From Obrimoposthia wandeli (lineage: Eukaryota), in NCBI GenBank assembly GCA_977020255.1, contig CDROCS010000666.1:248001-312000 (forward strand): a stretch of 64,000 nt of DNA, written 5' to 3'. The position numbers were made by a program, and so were the translations under genes. Under the pieces are notes generated by a model that searched no databases, was not told where the DNA came from, and saw only the letters and a list, made by a program, of their open reading frames with translations. Positions 39,273-47,472 of this stretch are shown here, piece by piece. The first letter of the stretch is position 1, and each line of letters begins with the position of its first letter.

Positions 39273-40508
39273 TTATTCCTGCAGTTCAATTTGCTCTTTA
39301 ATAATTGACATCGCCCTGTCTAATACCACTTTGGGTGATTTATCATTTACCCATAAATCAGTGATAGCACTTGCCATTGGTGACCAAATGAATCCCATTT
39401 CAGGCAAAGAAGGCATTGCATCAGAAGAGAAGCCTTGAAGAATAATCGCGGAGGTTGCTTCGTCCGTATCAACAATGATCTCATCCATTACCGATTTAAT
39501 TGGCGGGATCGCTTTTGTCATTGCGTAACGCTTTCTCAGCATTTTTTCAGATGACAAATAATCAGCAAAGAGCTGAGCGGCCATTGGGTATTGAGTATAA
39601 GAAGAGACAACGGCTAAACGTACCGTTGAAAATGTTCTTGGTTGCTGTCCTTCCAGTTTAGGCATAGGAACAACACCAAAATTGATGCCTGAATCTTGGT
39701 AACCTTTAATCGCCCATGGACCATCAATAATTGCAGCGACTTTCCCTTCATTAAACAATCCACGGCGAACCTGAGGGTTACGCATATCATTCGGGTTTGA
39801 ATTATTCGCAACCTGAAGAGTTTTCATTGCAGCTAGGCCTTGTTGCGCTTTTTCAGAACTAATACCTATATCTTTGGCATTCGTACCATTATTTCCAAAT
39901 TCATAAGCACCATAAAGAGTTAAAAACATGCGAGATTCATAATAATTTTGAATGTCCCACAATAAGGCATATTTGTGTTCTTTTTTATTATTAAACTGCT
40001 GAGAGAATTCAATGATTTCTTCAAACGTTTCAGGTGCTTTTGGTAATAAATCTTTATTATAAAATAGAGCCGTTGTTGCAAAGCTCACAGGGAATCCGTA
40101 ATCGACACCTTCCGATTTTGATGCATTTACCGCATTCTGCATAAACGTATTATGGATTCTATCTGCCGATACTAAATTCTCCATCGCCCCGCCAGAAACG
40201 ACCAATCGACCTAAGAGATCATGTTCAATTTCAGCCACATCAGCAACACGAGCAGAACCACCATCCTGAATAAGACGCGACGCAGAATCGATGGGGGCTA
40301 ATCCACGAAAAGAAAACTCAATGTCATAACCCAAATCACGATTAAATGATTTTGCCACCGACTCCATATATTCAACAGTTGTTCTATCCGTCCAAATGAG
40401 TAGGTTCGCTCCATCTTCAGGTTTAATTTCTTCTGCGTACGCAGTCGTCCCTGCCATAAAAACGGAAGCCATCAACGCTGTTGTAAATATATTTCGGTTC
40501 ATATCCAT
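39273..40508 (-). CDS. cymE: Malto-/cyclodextrin-binding periplasmic protein (CymE/GanS-like)
   Basis: Signal peptide, EIEHD.LG, ALFYNKDLL, IIDGPW and MPSLPEMGFIW; start at 40508 or 40502. Confidence 0.85.
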   Translation of the reverse strand: MDMNRNIFTTALMASVFMAGTTAYAEEIKPEDGANLLIWTDRTTVEYMESVAKSFNRDLGYDIEFSFRGLAPIDSASRLIQDGGSARVADVAEIEHDLLGRLVVSGGAMENLVSADRIHNTFMQNAVNASKSEGVDYGFPVSFATTALFYNKDLLPKAPETFEEIIEFSQQFNNKKEHKYALLWDIQNYYESRMFLTLYGAYEFGNNGTNAKDIGISSEKAQQGLAAMKTLQVANNSNPNDMRNPQVRRGLFNEGKVAAIIDGPWAIKGYQDSGINFGVVPMPKLEGQQPRTFSTVRLAVVSSYTQYPMAAQLFADYLSSEKMLRKRYAMTKAIPPIKSVMDEIIVDTDEATSAIILQGFSSDAMPSLPEMGFIWSPMASAITDLWVNDKSPKVVLDRAMSIIKEQIELQE

Positions 40509-40896
40509 CCCCTTCAAAATAGTAGTTCATAAAGTACGACTATGTTAAATTCAGGAAGAAATAAGTCAATATAAACGAATAAAGAACAAACAAATTTGTG
40601 ATGCAACTCGACTAAATTCGTTTTTATTACTCTCATTCAATCTATAAGCACATATGAATGGATAAGGCTTTACAGAAAATAATGAGGATATACAGCCCAT
40701 AATCTTGTCAGTACCCTGACATTCGTGATGAAGATCTACTATTCCCCCTATGGAGTGTGACTAATATCTCATTTACAAATAAAGCAGGGAGAAATATATA
40801 AATAAATACAGAACAATAAATAGGCGTTCAATGCGAACGACTAAAAGCCGATTTACCTATAAATATAATTTCTTACTGGATTGATAAGGAAATACC

Positions 40897-41922
40897 GTGA
40901 ACAAAAATTTGCTGTCCATACTAATCACCAATGCACTCGTGATGAGCACTGCAGCTTTTGCCGCTGATGACCGGGGATTTGCCCCTGAAGATACTTTTTT
41001 TGATGACGCACTGAAATTTGGAGGACATGTTGGCGTTTCTGTTGAGTATGAAGATAAAATCACCAACGGATTCAATGGAGTTGACAAAAAAGAAAAGACA
41101 TCGACTGTCGAACCTTTTTCGGTTTACTACAATAACGCCGTTTGGAATGTTACTGCTCTTTATGCGCTAAAATTTGAAACAAGACGACAAGAAGAGCTAA
41201 AATATTCTGAAAACGAAAAATCAACCAAGCATCTATTTTCTTTCCAGAAAGGATTTGCTTTAGCTAATGGATGGGGAACGGGGTTAATTTATGAACTCGA
41301 ATACACGAACGGAAGAATCAACTCAACGTATGTGAATGATCTTAAAAAAACCACAGCAGAACACAGCATACGACCTTATCTAACCTACTGGAATAACAGC
41401 TATAATGCTGGTTTTTACTCTAATGTAGAGTACCTTCTAAATGATGAAGACAAAAGCGCTTGGGGCACTCGTAAAGAAGAAGGTTATAGCTTTCTTTTTA
41501 AACCATATAAACGTTTAGGCAACTGGGAACTTGCAGTAGAGTTCTTCTATCAAATAAAAGACAACGAAGACAAAAGCTCTACAGGTAGCATAAATGAAAT
41601 AAGTGATTTCACTGAAAAATACATTGAACCCATTGTTCAATATAGCTTTGATGATGCCGGTACTTTGTACGTTCGTGCTCGCCTAGGTACCAATGAAACG
41701 AACATGACAAAAGGCCATGATGCGGGCGTTGATTACTTCAAAGACATTCGTAAAGCAACGGTAGGTTATGAACAAACGATTTGGGACAATTGGTTGTTAA
41801 AAACAGAGTATGAATACGCAAACGAAATTGAAGATAAGAGTAAACTTGCAGGTTGGGAAAGCAAAAATGAAAGCGAACTAAAACAGCATACTATATTTGC
41901 TCAAGCACTATATCGCTTCTAG
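40897..41922 (+). CDS. cymA: Cyclodextrin-specific porin CymA
   Basis: RGF.PED..FD...[44 protein letters not shown] and QHT..AQALYRF match my recollection of Klebsiella oxytoca CymA. Confidence 0.9.
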   Translation: MNKNLLSILITNALVMSTAAFAADDRGFAPEDTFFDDALKFGGHVGVSVEYEDKITNGFNGVDKKEKTSTVEPFSVYYNNAVWNVTALYALKFETRRQEELKYSENEKSTKHLFSFQKGFALANGWGTGLIYELEYTNGRINSTYVNDLKKTTAEHSIRPYLTYWNNSYNAGFYSNVEYLLNDEDKSAWGTRKEEGYSFLFKPYKRLGNWELAVEFFYQIKDNEDKSSTGSINEISDFTEKYIEPIVQYSFDDAGTLYVRARLGTNETNMTKGHDAGVDYFKDIRKATVGYEQTIWDNWLLKTEYEYANEIEDKSKLAGWESKNESELKQHTIFAQALYRF

Positions 41923-41963
41923 CTGCACCGCTTCTAACTTACGATAAGCCATAGAGAAAAATT

Positions 41964-42962
41964 ATGATAACAGTTTCAGAAATAGCCCAAATCGTTGATG
42001 GTCATATTGAAGGTGACACATCAGTAGAAATAGATCGCATACGTCCGGTAAATAGTGATGAGAAAGGTGGCCTCGCTATTATCTTTTCCAAGAGAGATCT
42101 CAAGGGTATTTCTGAAACATCGGCTGAAGTTATCTTAGGCCCTAAAGACATTTTATCGAGTGTAGCAAAAACAAAAATTGTCATCGACACGCTAGATGTT
42201 GAAAAGCTCAATCACCTAATGAGATATTACAAAGCCAAAAGATATCAACTCCATGATCAAGCTAATACTTCAAACCTCTCAGACGTTTACATTGGTAAGC
42301 ATTGCCACATTGGCGAAGGTTGCCATTTCATGCCTGGCGTAAAAATTATGAACGGCGTGACGATAGGCAATAATGTCGCTATTCATGCAAATACCGTCAT
42401 CAAAGAAGGCACGATCATTGGTAATAATGTCACCATTGACTCCAATAACTCCATCGGCAATTACAGCTTTGAATACATGACAGGAAAACAAAATAAATAC
42501 GAACGTGTCGAAAGTGTTGGACGCGTGATTATTGGTGATGATGTTGAGATTGGTTGCAATAACACGATAGACAGAGGGACACTTGGCGATACCACCATTG
42601 CTCAAGGCACAAAAATAGATAACCTAGTGCAAATTGGTCATGACTGTCACATTGGTAAACACTGCCTGTTAATATCACAAACGGGGTTTGCTGGGCACAC
42701 CACATTGGAAGACAACGTCATTGTGCATGGTCAAGCTGGCACTGCTGGTCATTTAACCATTGGCAAAAATTCCGTGATTAAAGCTAAATCTGGTGTGAGC
42801 CATTCTTTTCCTGCCAACAGCGATTTATTTGGTTATCCAGCCAAAGACGCACGAGCGTATTACAAAAATTTGGCCGTACTTAATAAACTGAGTCGAAAAA
42901 AAGAACAAAAACAAGAAACTCCGAATAAAAAAAACATTTTCGCTAAATTGTTTAACTTATGA
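41964..42962 (+). CDS. LpxD-like hexapeptide-repeat acyltransferase
   Basis: N-terminal LpxD domain ([13 protein letters not shown]), long [IV]G hexapeptide runs, [10 protein letters not shown] with the catalytic His position and AGHLTIG. Confidence 0.88.
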   Translation: MITVSEIAQIVDGHIEGDTSVEIDRIRPVNSDEKGGLAIIFSKRDLKGISETSAEVILGPKDILSSVAKTKIVIDTLDVEKLNHLMRYYKAKRYQLHDQANTSNLSDVYIGKHCHIGEGCHFMPGVKIMNGVTIGNNVAIHANTVIKEGTIIGNNVTIDSNNSIGNYSFEYMTGKQNKYERVESVGRVIIGDDVEIGCNNTIDRGTLGDTTIAQGTKIDNLVQIGHDCHIGKHCLLISQTGFAGHTTLEDNVIVHGQAGTAGHLTIGKNSVIKAKSGVSHSFPANSDLFGYPAKDARAYYKNLAVLNKLSRKKEQKQETPNKKNIFAKLFNL

Positions 42963-43378
42963 TGATTACAGAGATAGGTGAACTATTAAATATAATCGAC
43001 ATTACGACTCGATTTAGCCATAAAAATATATATATTGAGTTAGAGGATAAATCACAACTCTATACCAACTTACACATTCAAGACGAACTTAGCTTTTATA
43101 TTAACAACAAGGTATCCTTTGGTTTTTGTTTTGATATGATTAATGTCGGCAACCCAAGAAATACATTTAACATCATCTACGGTAAGCTATTTCATTGAAA
43201 TGTTACGACCAACACATTTATATTGCTGCGTCTAACGACCGTATTATTACACAAGGTGCAAATGGTACGATAACAAAAAAATATAGGCGACTATTTATTA
43301 TTCCATATTGATACTGATTTAAACCACAGATTACAACACGACACTCATATTAATGAGTGTTCGATAATTAATTATTAA
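42959..43378 (+). pseudogene. Frameshifted stand-alone MalK-type regulatory (OB/TOBE) domain gene
   Basis: The 79-aa ORF aligns almost ungapped to the C-terminal domain of the 44006-45127 ATPase; similarity continues in shifted frames (IEML, HIYI, NIGDYLLFHID...H...T..N) to a TAA at 43376-43378. Confidence 0.6.
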
Positions 43379-43396
43379 CAAATAAGGACATCCACG

Positions 43397-43882
43397 ATGA
43401 AACGTACCATTATTCTGACTGCACTTTTATGTTTAACGTTGTTCGGTTGTGCAAATACATCTGAGACCAGCGTAACATCAGAACAAGAATTAACCACCGG
43501 AGCATTTACTAGTTGCGATCTTCCAAACGTAGAAGAACGCGGCCCTATTCATCCATCGCTGTACATTGTCGGCACCTTCGATGATGGTCAATGGATGCAC
43601 ATGGATAAGCGTAAAATGCAATACAAAGGCGATGGTATCTATCAAATAGTCAGTAAAGAAATCGCGGGGAACGTGAGCGTTCAATTTGCCACCATGAGTT
43701 GGAACCCGCAATTCACAGCAGCAGGAAAAGAGATGGAAGCGGGCATTGTGAAAGAACTAAAACGTGGGGGTTTTGCAAAAAATACCGTTGTCAGTATTCC
43801 TGAAGATGGCGAGTACCTATGGAGCATTCAAATTACTGAAGAGAAAAAACCAGTAAGAGCACTCATTAAAAAATGTAATTAA
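43397..43882 (+). CDS. Lipoprotein with a putative starch/dextrin-binding beta module
   Basis: Lipobox LFG-C; LYIVGTF...W...MQYKGDGIY pattern like CBM/E-set modules; located in the cym operon. Confidence 0.7.
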   Translation: MKRTIILTALLCLTLFGCANTSETSVTSEQELTTGAFTSCDLPNVEERGPIHPSLYIVGTFDDGQWMHMDKRKMQYKGDGIYQIVSKEIAGNVSVQFATMSWNPQFTAAGKEMEAGIVKELKRGGFAKNTVVSIPEDGEYLWSIQITEEKKPVRALIKKCN

Positions 43883-44005
43883 TACCAATTTGCGCTTCTT
43901 CAACAGTAAGAAGCGCATTGTTTATTCACATGACGACTCCCTAACCATTATCTGAATGAGCAATAAATACGCTATCTCAATTTTAACCCGTATACGGAGT
44001 ATCAC

Positions 44006-45127
44006 ATGGCAACAGTTAGCCTGCACAAATTAGAAAAAGAATATGATAATGGCTTTAAAGCCGTGCACGGCATCGATCTCGATATTCATGATGGTGAGTT
44101 TATGGTGTTTGTTGGCCCATCAGGCTGTGCAAAATCTACAACCTTACGAATGATTGCAGGTCTTGAGGATATTTCTGGTGGAGAAATACGAATTGGTGGC
44201 AAAGTAATCAATGATCTGCCACCAAAAGATCGTGGTATCGCTATGGTCTTTCAAAACTATGCACTTTATCCCCATAAAACAGTTTTTGATAACATGGCTT
44301 TTGGTTTAAAAATGCAAAAAAGACCTAAAGAAGAGATTAGACAGCGTGTTGAAGAAGCCGCTAAAAAATTAGAAATAACGGATCTTCTTTATCGAAAACC
44401 AAAAGAAATGTCAGGAGGACAACGTCAACGTGTCGCTGTTGGCAGAGCGATTGTACGTAAACCTGAAGTGTTTTTATTTGATGAGCCATTATCTAACCTA
44501 GATGCAAAGTTACGCGTCTCTATGCGGGTAAAAATAGCCCAACTTCATCAGTCATTAAAAGAAGAAAACAACCCAGCGACGATGATTTATGTCACCCATG
44601 ACCAAACAGAAGCCTTGACCTTAGGCGACCGGATTTGCGTCTTAAATAAAGGGGAGATCATGCAGGTAGATACACCGGCCAATCTTTACAATCGTCCAGA
44701 GAACAAATTTGTGGCGGGCTTTATTGGCTCACCAGCAATGAATCTAGTTAATACCGTATTAAGAAAAGAAGGCGACAGTATTTATGTTGAACTTACAGAA
44801 GGCGCAAGAATTGTCATCCCAAGAGACAAACAAGAAAAGTTAACCAACTATATAGATAAGCCCGTTTGTCTTGGTATTAGACCTGAAAATATTAGCCTTG
44901 CGAAAGAGGATGAATATATTAATGTTCATTCTGGTGAATTAACGGTTGTAGAGAACTTAGGTAATGAAAAATATCTTTATTTCCGTATGGGTGATAATGA
45001 AATTGTATCACGCGTAAACGACCAACATATTACCACCGCTCATATTGGTAAAAAAATCAGATTCAATTTTGATTCCGCTTTCTGTCATGTATTTGATTCA
45101 GAAACTGAAAAAAACTTAACTCTATAG
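44006..45127 (+). CDS. cymD: Sugar ABC ATPase (MalK/MsmX/CymD)
   Basis: GPSGCAKS, VFQNYALYPH, MSGGQRQR, LFDEPLSNLD and YVTHDQ motifs. Confidence 0.93.
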   Translation: MATVSLHKLEKEYDNGFKAVHGIDLDIHDGEFMVFVGPSGCAKSTTLRMIAGLEDISGGEIRIGGKVINDLPPKDRGIAMVFQNYALYPHKTVFDNMAFGLKMQKRPKEEIRQRVEEAAKKLEITDLLYRKPKEMSGGQRQRVAVGRAIVRKPEVFLFDEPLSNLDAKLRVSMRVKIAQLHQSLKEENNPATMIYVTHDQTEALTLGDRICVLNKGEIMQVDTPANLYNRPENKFVAGFIGSPAMNLVNTVLRKEGDSIYVELTEGARIVIPRDKQEKLTNYIDKPVCLGIRPENISLAKEDEYINVHSGELTVVENLGNEKYLYFRMGDNEIVSRVNDQHITTAHIGKKIRFNFDSAFCHVFDSETEKNLTL

Positions 45128-45273
45128 TTAAGTGGTAATACTGCCCTTATTATATTTACAAACGAGTATATGTATTAAGGGCAGAAAGCATATACCCTCA
45201 CCTGTTTATTTAATCTGACCAGCTTTGCTGTCGGCCAGATAAAAATAGTATTTTTCAAACCAAGGACATAATA

Positions 45274-47124
45274 ATGAAAAAGAATTTTTTACTGTTTTCA
45301 GTGTTACTTGCTTCTCTTCCAGCGGTTGCTGATTGGGATCAAGCGTATTTTCGAGGAACACCGAATGACTGGCAAACCGAATCGATGCAAAAAATCAGCC
45401 CTAATCATTGGCAAATTACAAAAAAATTCGCCACTGGCAGCAATGGTATCGTACCAAGCTTTAAAGTAGATCGCTTCGGTGACTGGGCAGAGTATTACCC
45501 ACAAATAAACTATATTGTCGATCCAAATAAAACTTACGAGATCAACTTTTACGACGATACTAATAAAGTGGTTGTACATGAAAAACTCGCCTTTGATATG
45601 CGTGATGAAACCATGTATTTCGTTTTCCTTGATCGCTTTTCAGACGGCGACGCGAGCAATAATACTGGCAATAACCCGCAAACGTACTCTGCTGATAGAT
45701 CAGATTTTAAAAAGTATTTCGGTGGCGACATTAAAGGCCTTATCAATAAACTCGATTACTTGAAAGACATGGGGATTACCTCTATTTGGATCACCCCACC
45801 AGTAAACAACGTTGATCAATTAAATAAAGATGGTTCTGCAGCTTATCATGGGTATTGGGGGCGTGATTTCTTTCAATTAGACGAGCACCTTGGCACTCTG
45901 GAAGATTTTAAGTTATTGAGTCAGAAGATGGATGAATACGGTATGAAGCTGGTTCTAGACTATGCGCCAAACCATTCAAATCCCAATGATGAAAATGAAT
46001 ATGGAGCTCTATATAAAAATGGTGTATTTCAAACCGACTTCAACGGAGATAACCAAGACATCTACCACCACAATGGCGGCGTGAGCGATTGGGATGACTA
46101 CTATCAAGTTCGTAACCATAACCTCTTTAATCTTTCCGACTTCAATCAAAGCAACCCAAAAACGTATCAATACTTAGTGGATGGGGCAAAGTTTTGGATA
46201 GATCAAGGGGTTGATGCTATTCGTATAGATGCCATCAAACACATGGATAAGTCTTTTATTCAGCAATGGACTAACGAGCTGAATTCCTACGCAAAATCAC
46301 AAGGAAAACCTGACCTGTACTTCTTTGGGGAATGGATGGACGCCGGAGCGACGGCCACAGGAATTAATCAGTTATCGATAGATTTTGCCAACACTTCTGG
46401 TTCAGCTTTACTTGATTTTGGCCTTCGTAATACGATAGAAGATGCCTTATTACAAGCCAATGGAACCGGCATGTACGCAATCAATAACTACATGAAGATC
46501 CGTGATTCAAAATTCACATCAAGTGATTGGCAAGTCGTTTTCTTAGATAACCACGATGCTCCTCGTTTATCTACAGTACTTCGTTCAGATGCAACAAACT
46601 TTGGTCCTGGTAAAGATAAATGGGGTGGCCGTCAAAGCATTCCTTTTGCTCAAGATCGAGTGGAACTTGGCTTAGCGCTTATTATGACCTCTCGTGGTAT
46701 CCCATGTATTTATTATGGTACAGAAAATTATGCCGCTAACTTCACGACCAATGGTTTTGGCCAAGTAGGTAATGATCCGTATAACCGTGAAATGATGCCA
46801 AGCTTTGATAAAACAACCCCTGCTTATCAGCTTATAAAAGCATTAAGTAAGTTACGTAAAGACAGCTACGCCATTCAACAAGGGGCTTATATCGAGCGCT
46901 GGGTCAGCAATGATGTACTTGTTTATGAACGTAATGCTGGTGATGATGTGGTAATTGTAGCAATGAACATCGGTAATAAAACGTCGGTTAATGTGATAAA
47001 CCTTAATCTAGCAAACGGAACTTACGACAGTATTTTAGGCAGTGATCAAGTGAATGTGGCTAATGGCAGCGCAACATTTAACCTAGACCAAAATGAAGTT
47101 GTCGTACTTAGAACTAAAAAATAA
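45274..47124 (+). CDS. cgt: Secreted GH13_2 cyclomaltodextrin glucanotransferase, Klebsiella type
   Basis: YHGYW, DYAPNH, RIDAIKH, GEW and DNHD catalytic regions; HNLFNLSD and YAANFT.N.FGQVG.DPYNRE blocks I recall from K. oxytoca CGTase. Confidence 0.88.
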   Translation: MKKNFLLFSVLLASLPAVADWDQAYFRGTPNDWQTESMQKISPNHWQITKKFATGSNGIVPSFKVDRFGDWAEYYPQINYIVDPNKTYEINFYDDTNKVVVHEKLAFDMRDETMYFVFLDRFSDGDASNNTGNNPQTYSADRSDFKKYFGGDIKGLINKLDYLKDMGITSIWITPPVNNVDQLNKDGSAAYHGYWGRDFFQLDEHLGTLEDFKLLSQKMDEYGMKLVLDYAPNHSNPNDENEYGALYKNGVFQTDFNGDNQDIYHHNGGVSDWDDYYQVRNHNLFNLSDFNQSNPKTYQYLVDGAKFWIDQGVDAIRIDAIKHMDKSFIQQWTNELNSYAKSQGKPDLYFFGEWMDAGATATGINQLSIDFANTSGSALLDFGLRNTIEDALLQANGTGMYAINNYMKIRDSKFTSSDWQVVFLDNHDAPRLSTVLRSDATNFGPGKDKWGGRQSIPFAQDRVELGLALIMTSRGIPCIYYGTENYAANFTTNGFGQVGNDPYNREMMPSFDKTTPAYQLIKALSKLRKDSYAIQQGAYIERWVSNDVLVYERNAGDDVVIVAMNIGNKTSVNVINLNLANGTYDSILGSDQVNVANGSATFNLDQNEVVVLRTKK

Positions 47125-47144
47125 TTTCATTAAATCACCATAAT

Positions 47145-47182
47145 AATAAGCCCTATCTTCGCGATTGAAGATAGGGCTTATT
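47145..47182 (+). terminator. Terminator after cgt
   Basis: Perfect 16-bp stem AATAAGCCCTATCTTC / GAAGATAGGGCTTATT with a 6-nt loop. Confidence 0.85.
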
Positions 47183-47316
47183 TGATCTCAATGATGAAAT
47201 AACCTTCGAAATAATAAAGAACTTAAGATTAGCTGTTTGTTGTGGTCAAGTTTGGCTTTACAGTTGAAAACATTGTTGATACAGAACAAGAACTGATTTC
47301 TTTATGTAGATAAATA

Positions 47317-47358
47317 ATGCGGGTTCGATTCCCGCTACATGCTCCAGACAACAACGAA
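47317..47358 (+). repeat. Copy of the tRNA-Gly 3' end (right attachment site)
   Basis: ATGCGGGTTCGATTCCCGCT-ACAT-GCTCCA-G-ACAACAACGAA versus ATGCGGGTTCGATTCCCGCT-GCAC-GCTCCA-A-ACAACAACGAA at 5875-5916. Confidence 0.93.
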
Positions 47359-47388
47359 TAAAAACATACAACGTTACAATTCACACCC

Positions 47389-47417
47389 TTGTAACAAAAC
47401 AGTAAGCTAGCCGTAAT
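47389..47417 (+). promoter_or_regulatory. Candidate Pho box (three half-sites) for phoX
   Basis: TTGTAAC-AAAA-CAGTAAG-CTAG-CCGTAAT, an 11-bp periodic xxGTAAx pattern resembling CTGTCAT-N4 repeats, upstream of phoX. Confidence 0.6.
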
Positions 47418-47472
47418 GAAACCAGTGTCAAATAAGCCCATAACAATACTTATACGACACAGGAAGAAGTCA

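Noticed and set aside
35149-40896. Shared TATGAAC/TACGA words upstream of trmB (near 35205) and cymE (near 40525) as a TrmB operator
   Set aside because: The match is too short and inconsistently arranged to claim without motif statistics.
47317-47346. A second functional tRNA-Gly
   Set aside because: Only the T arm and acceptor 3' strand are present; no D arm or anticodon arm.
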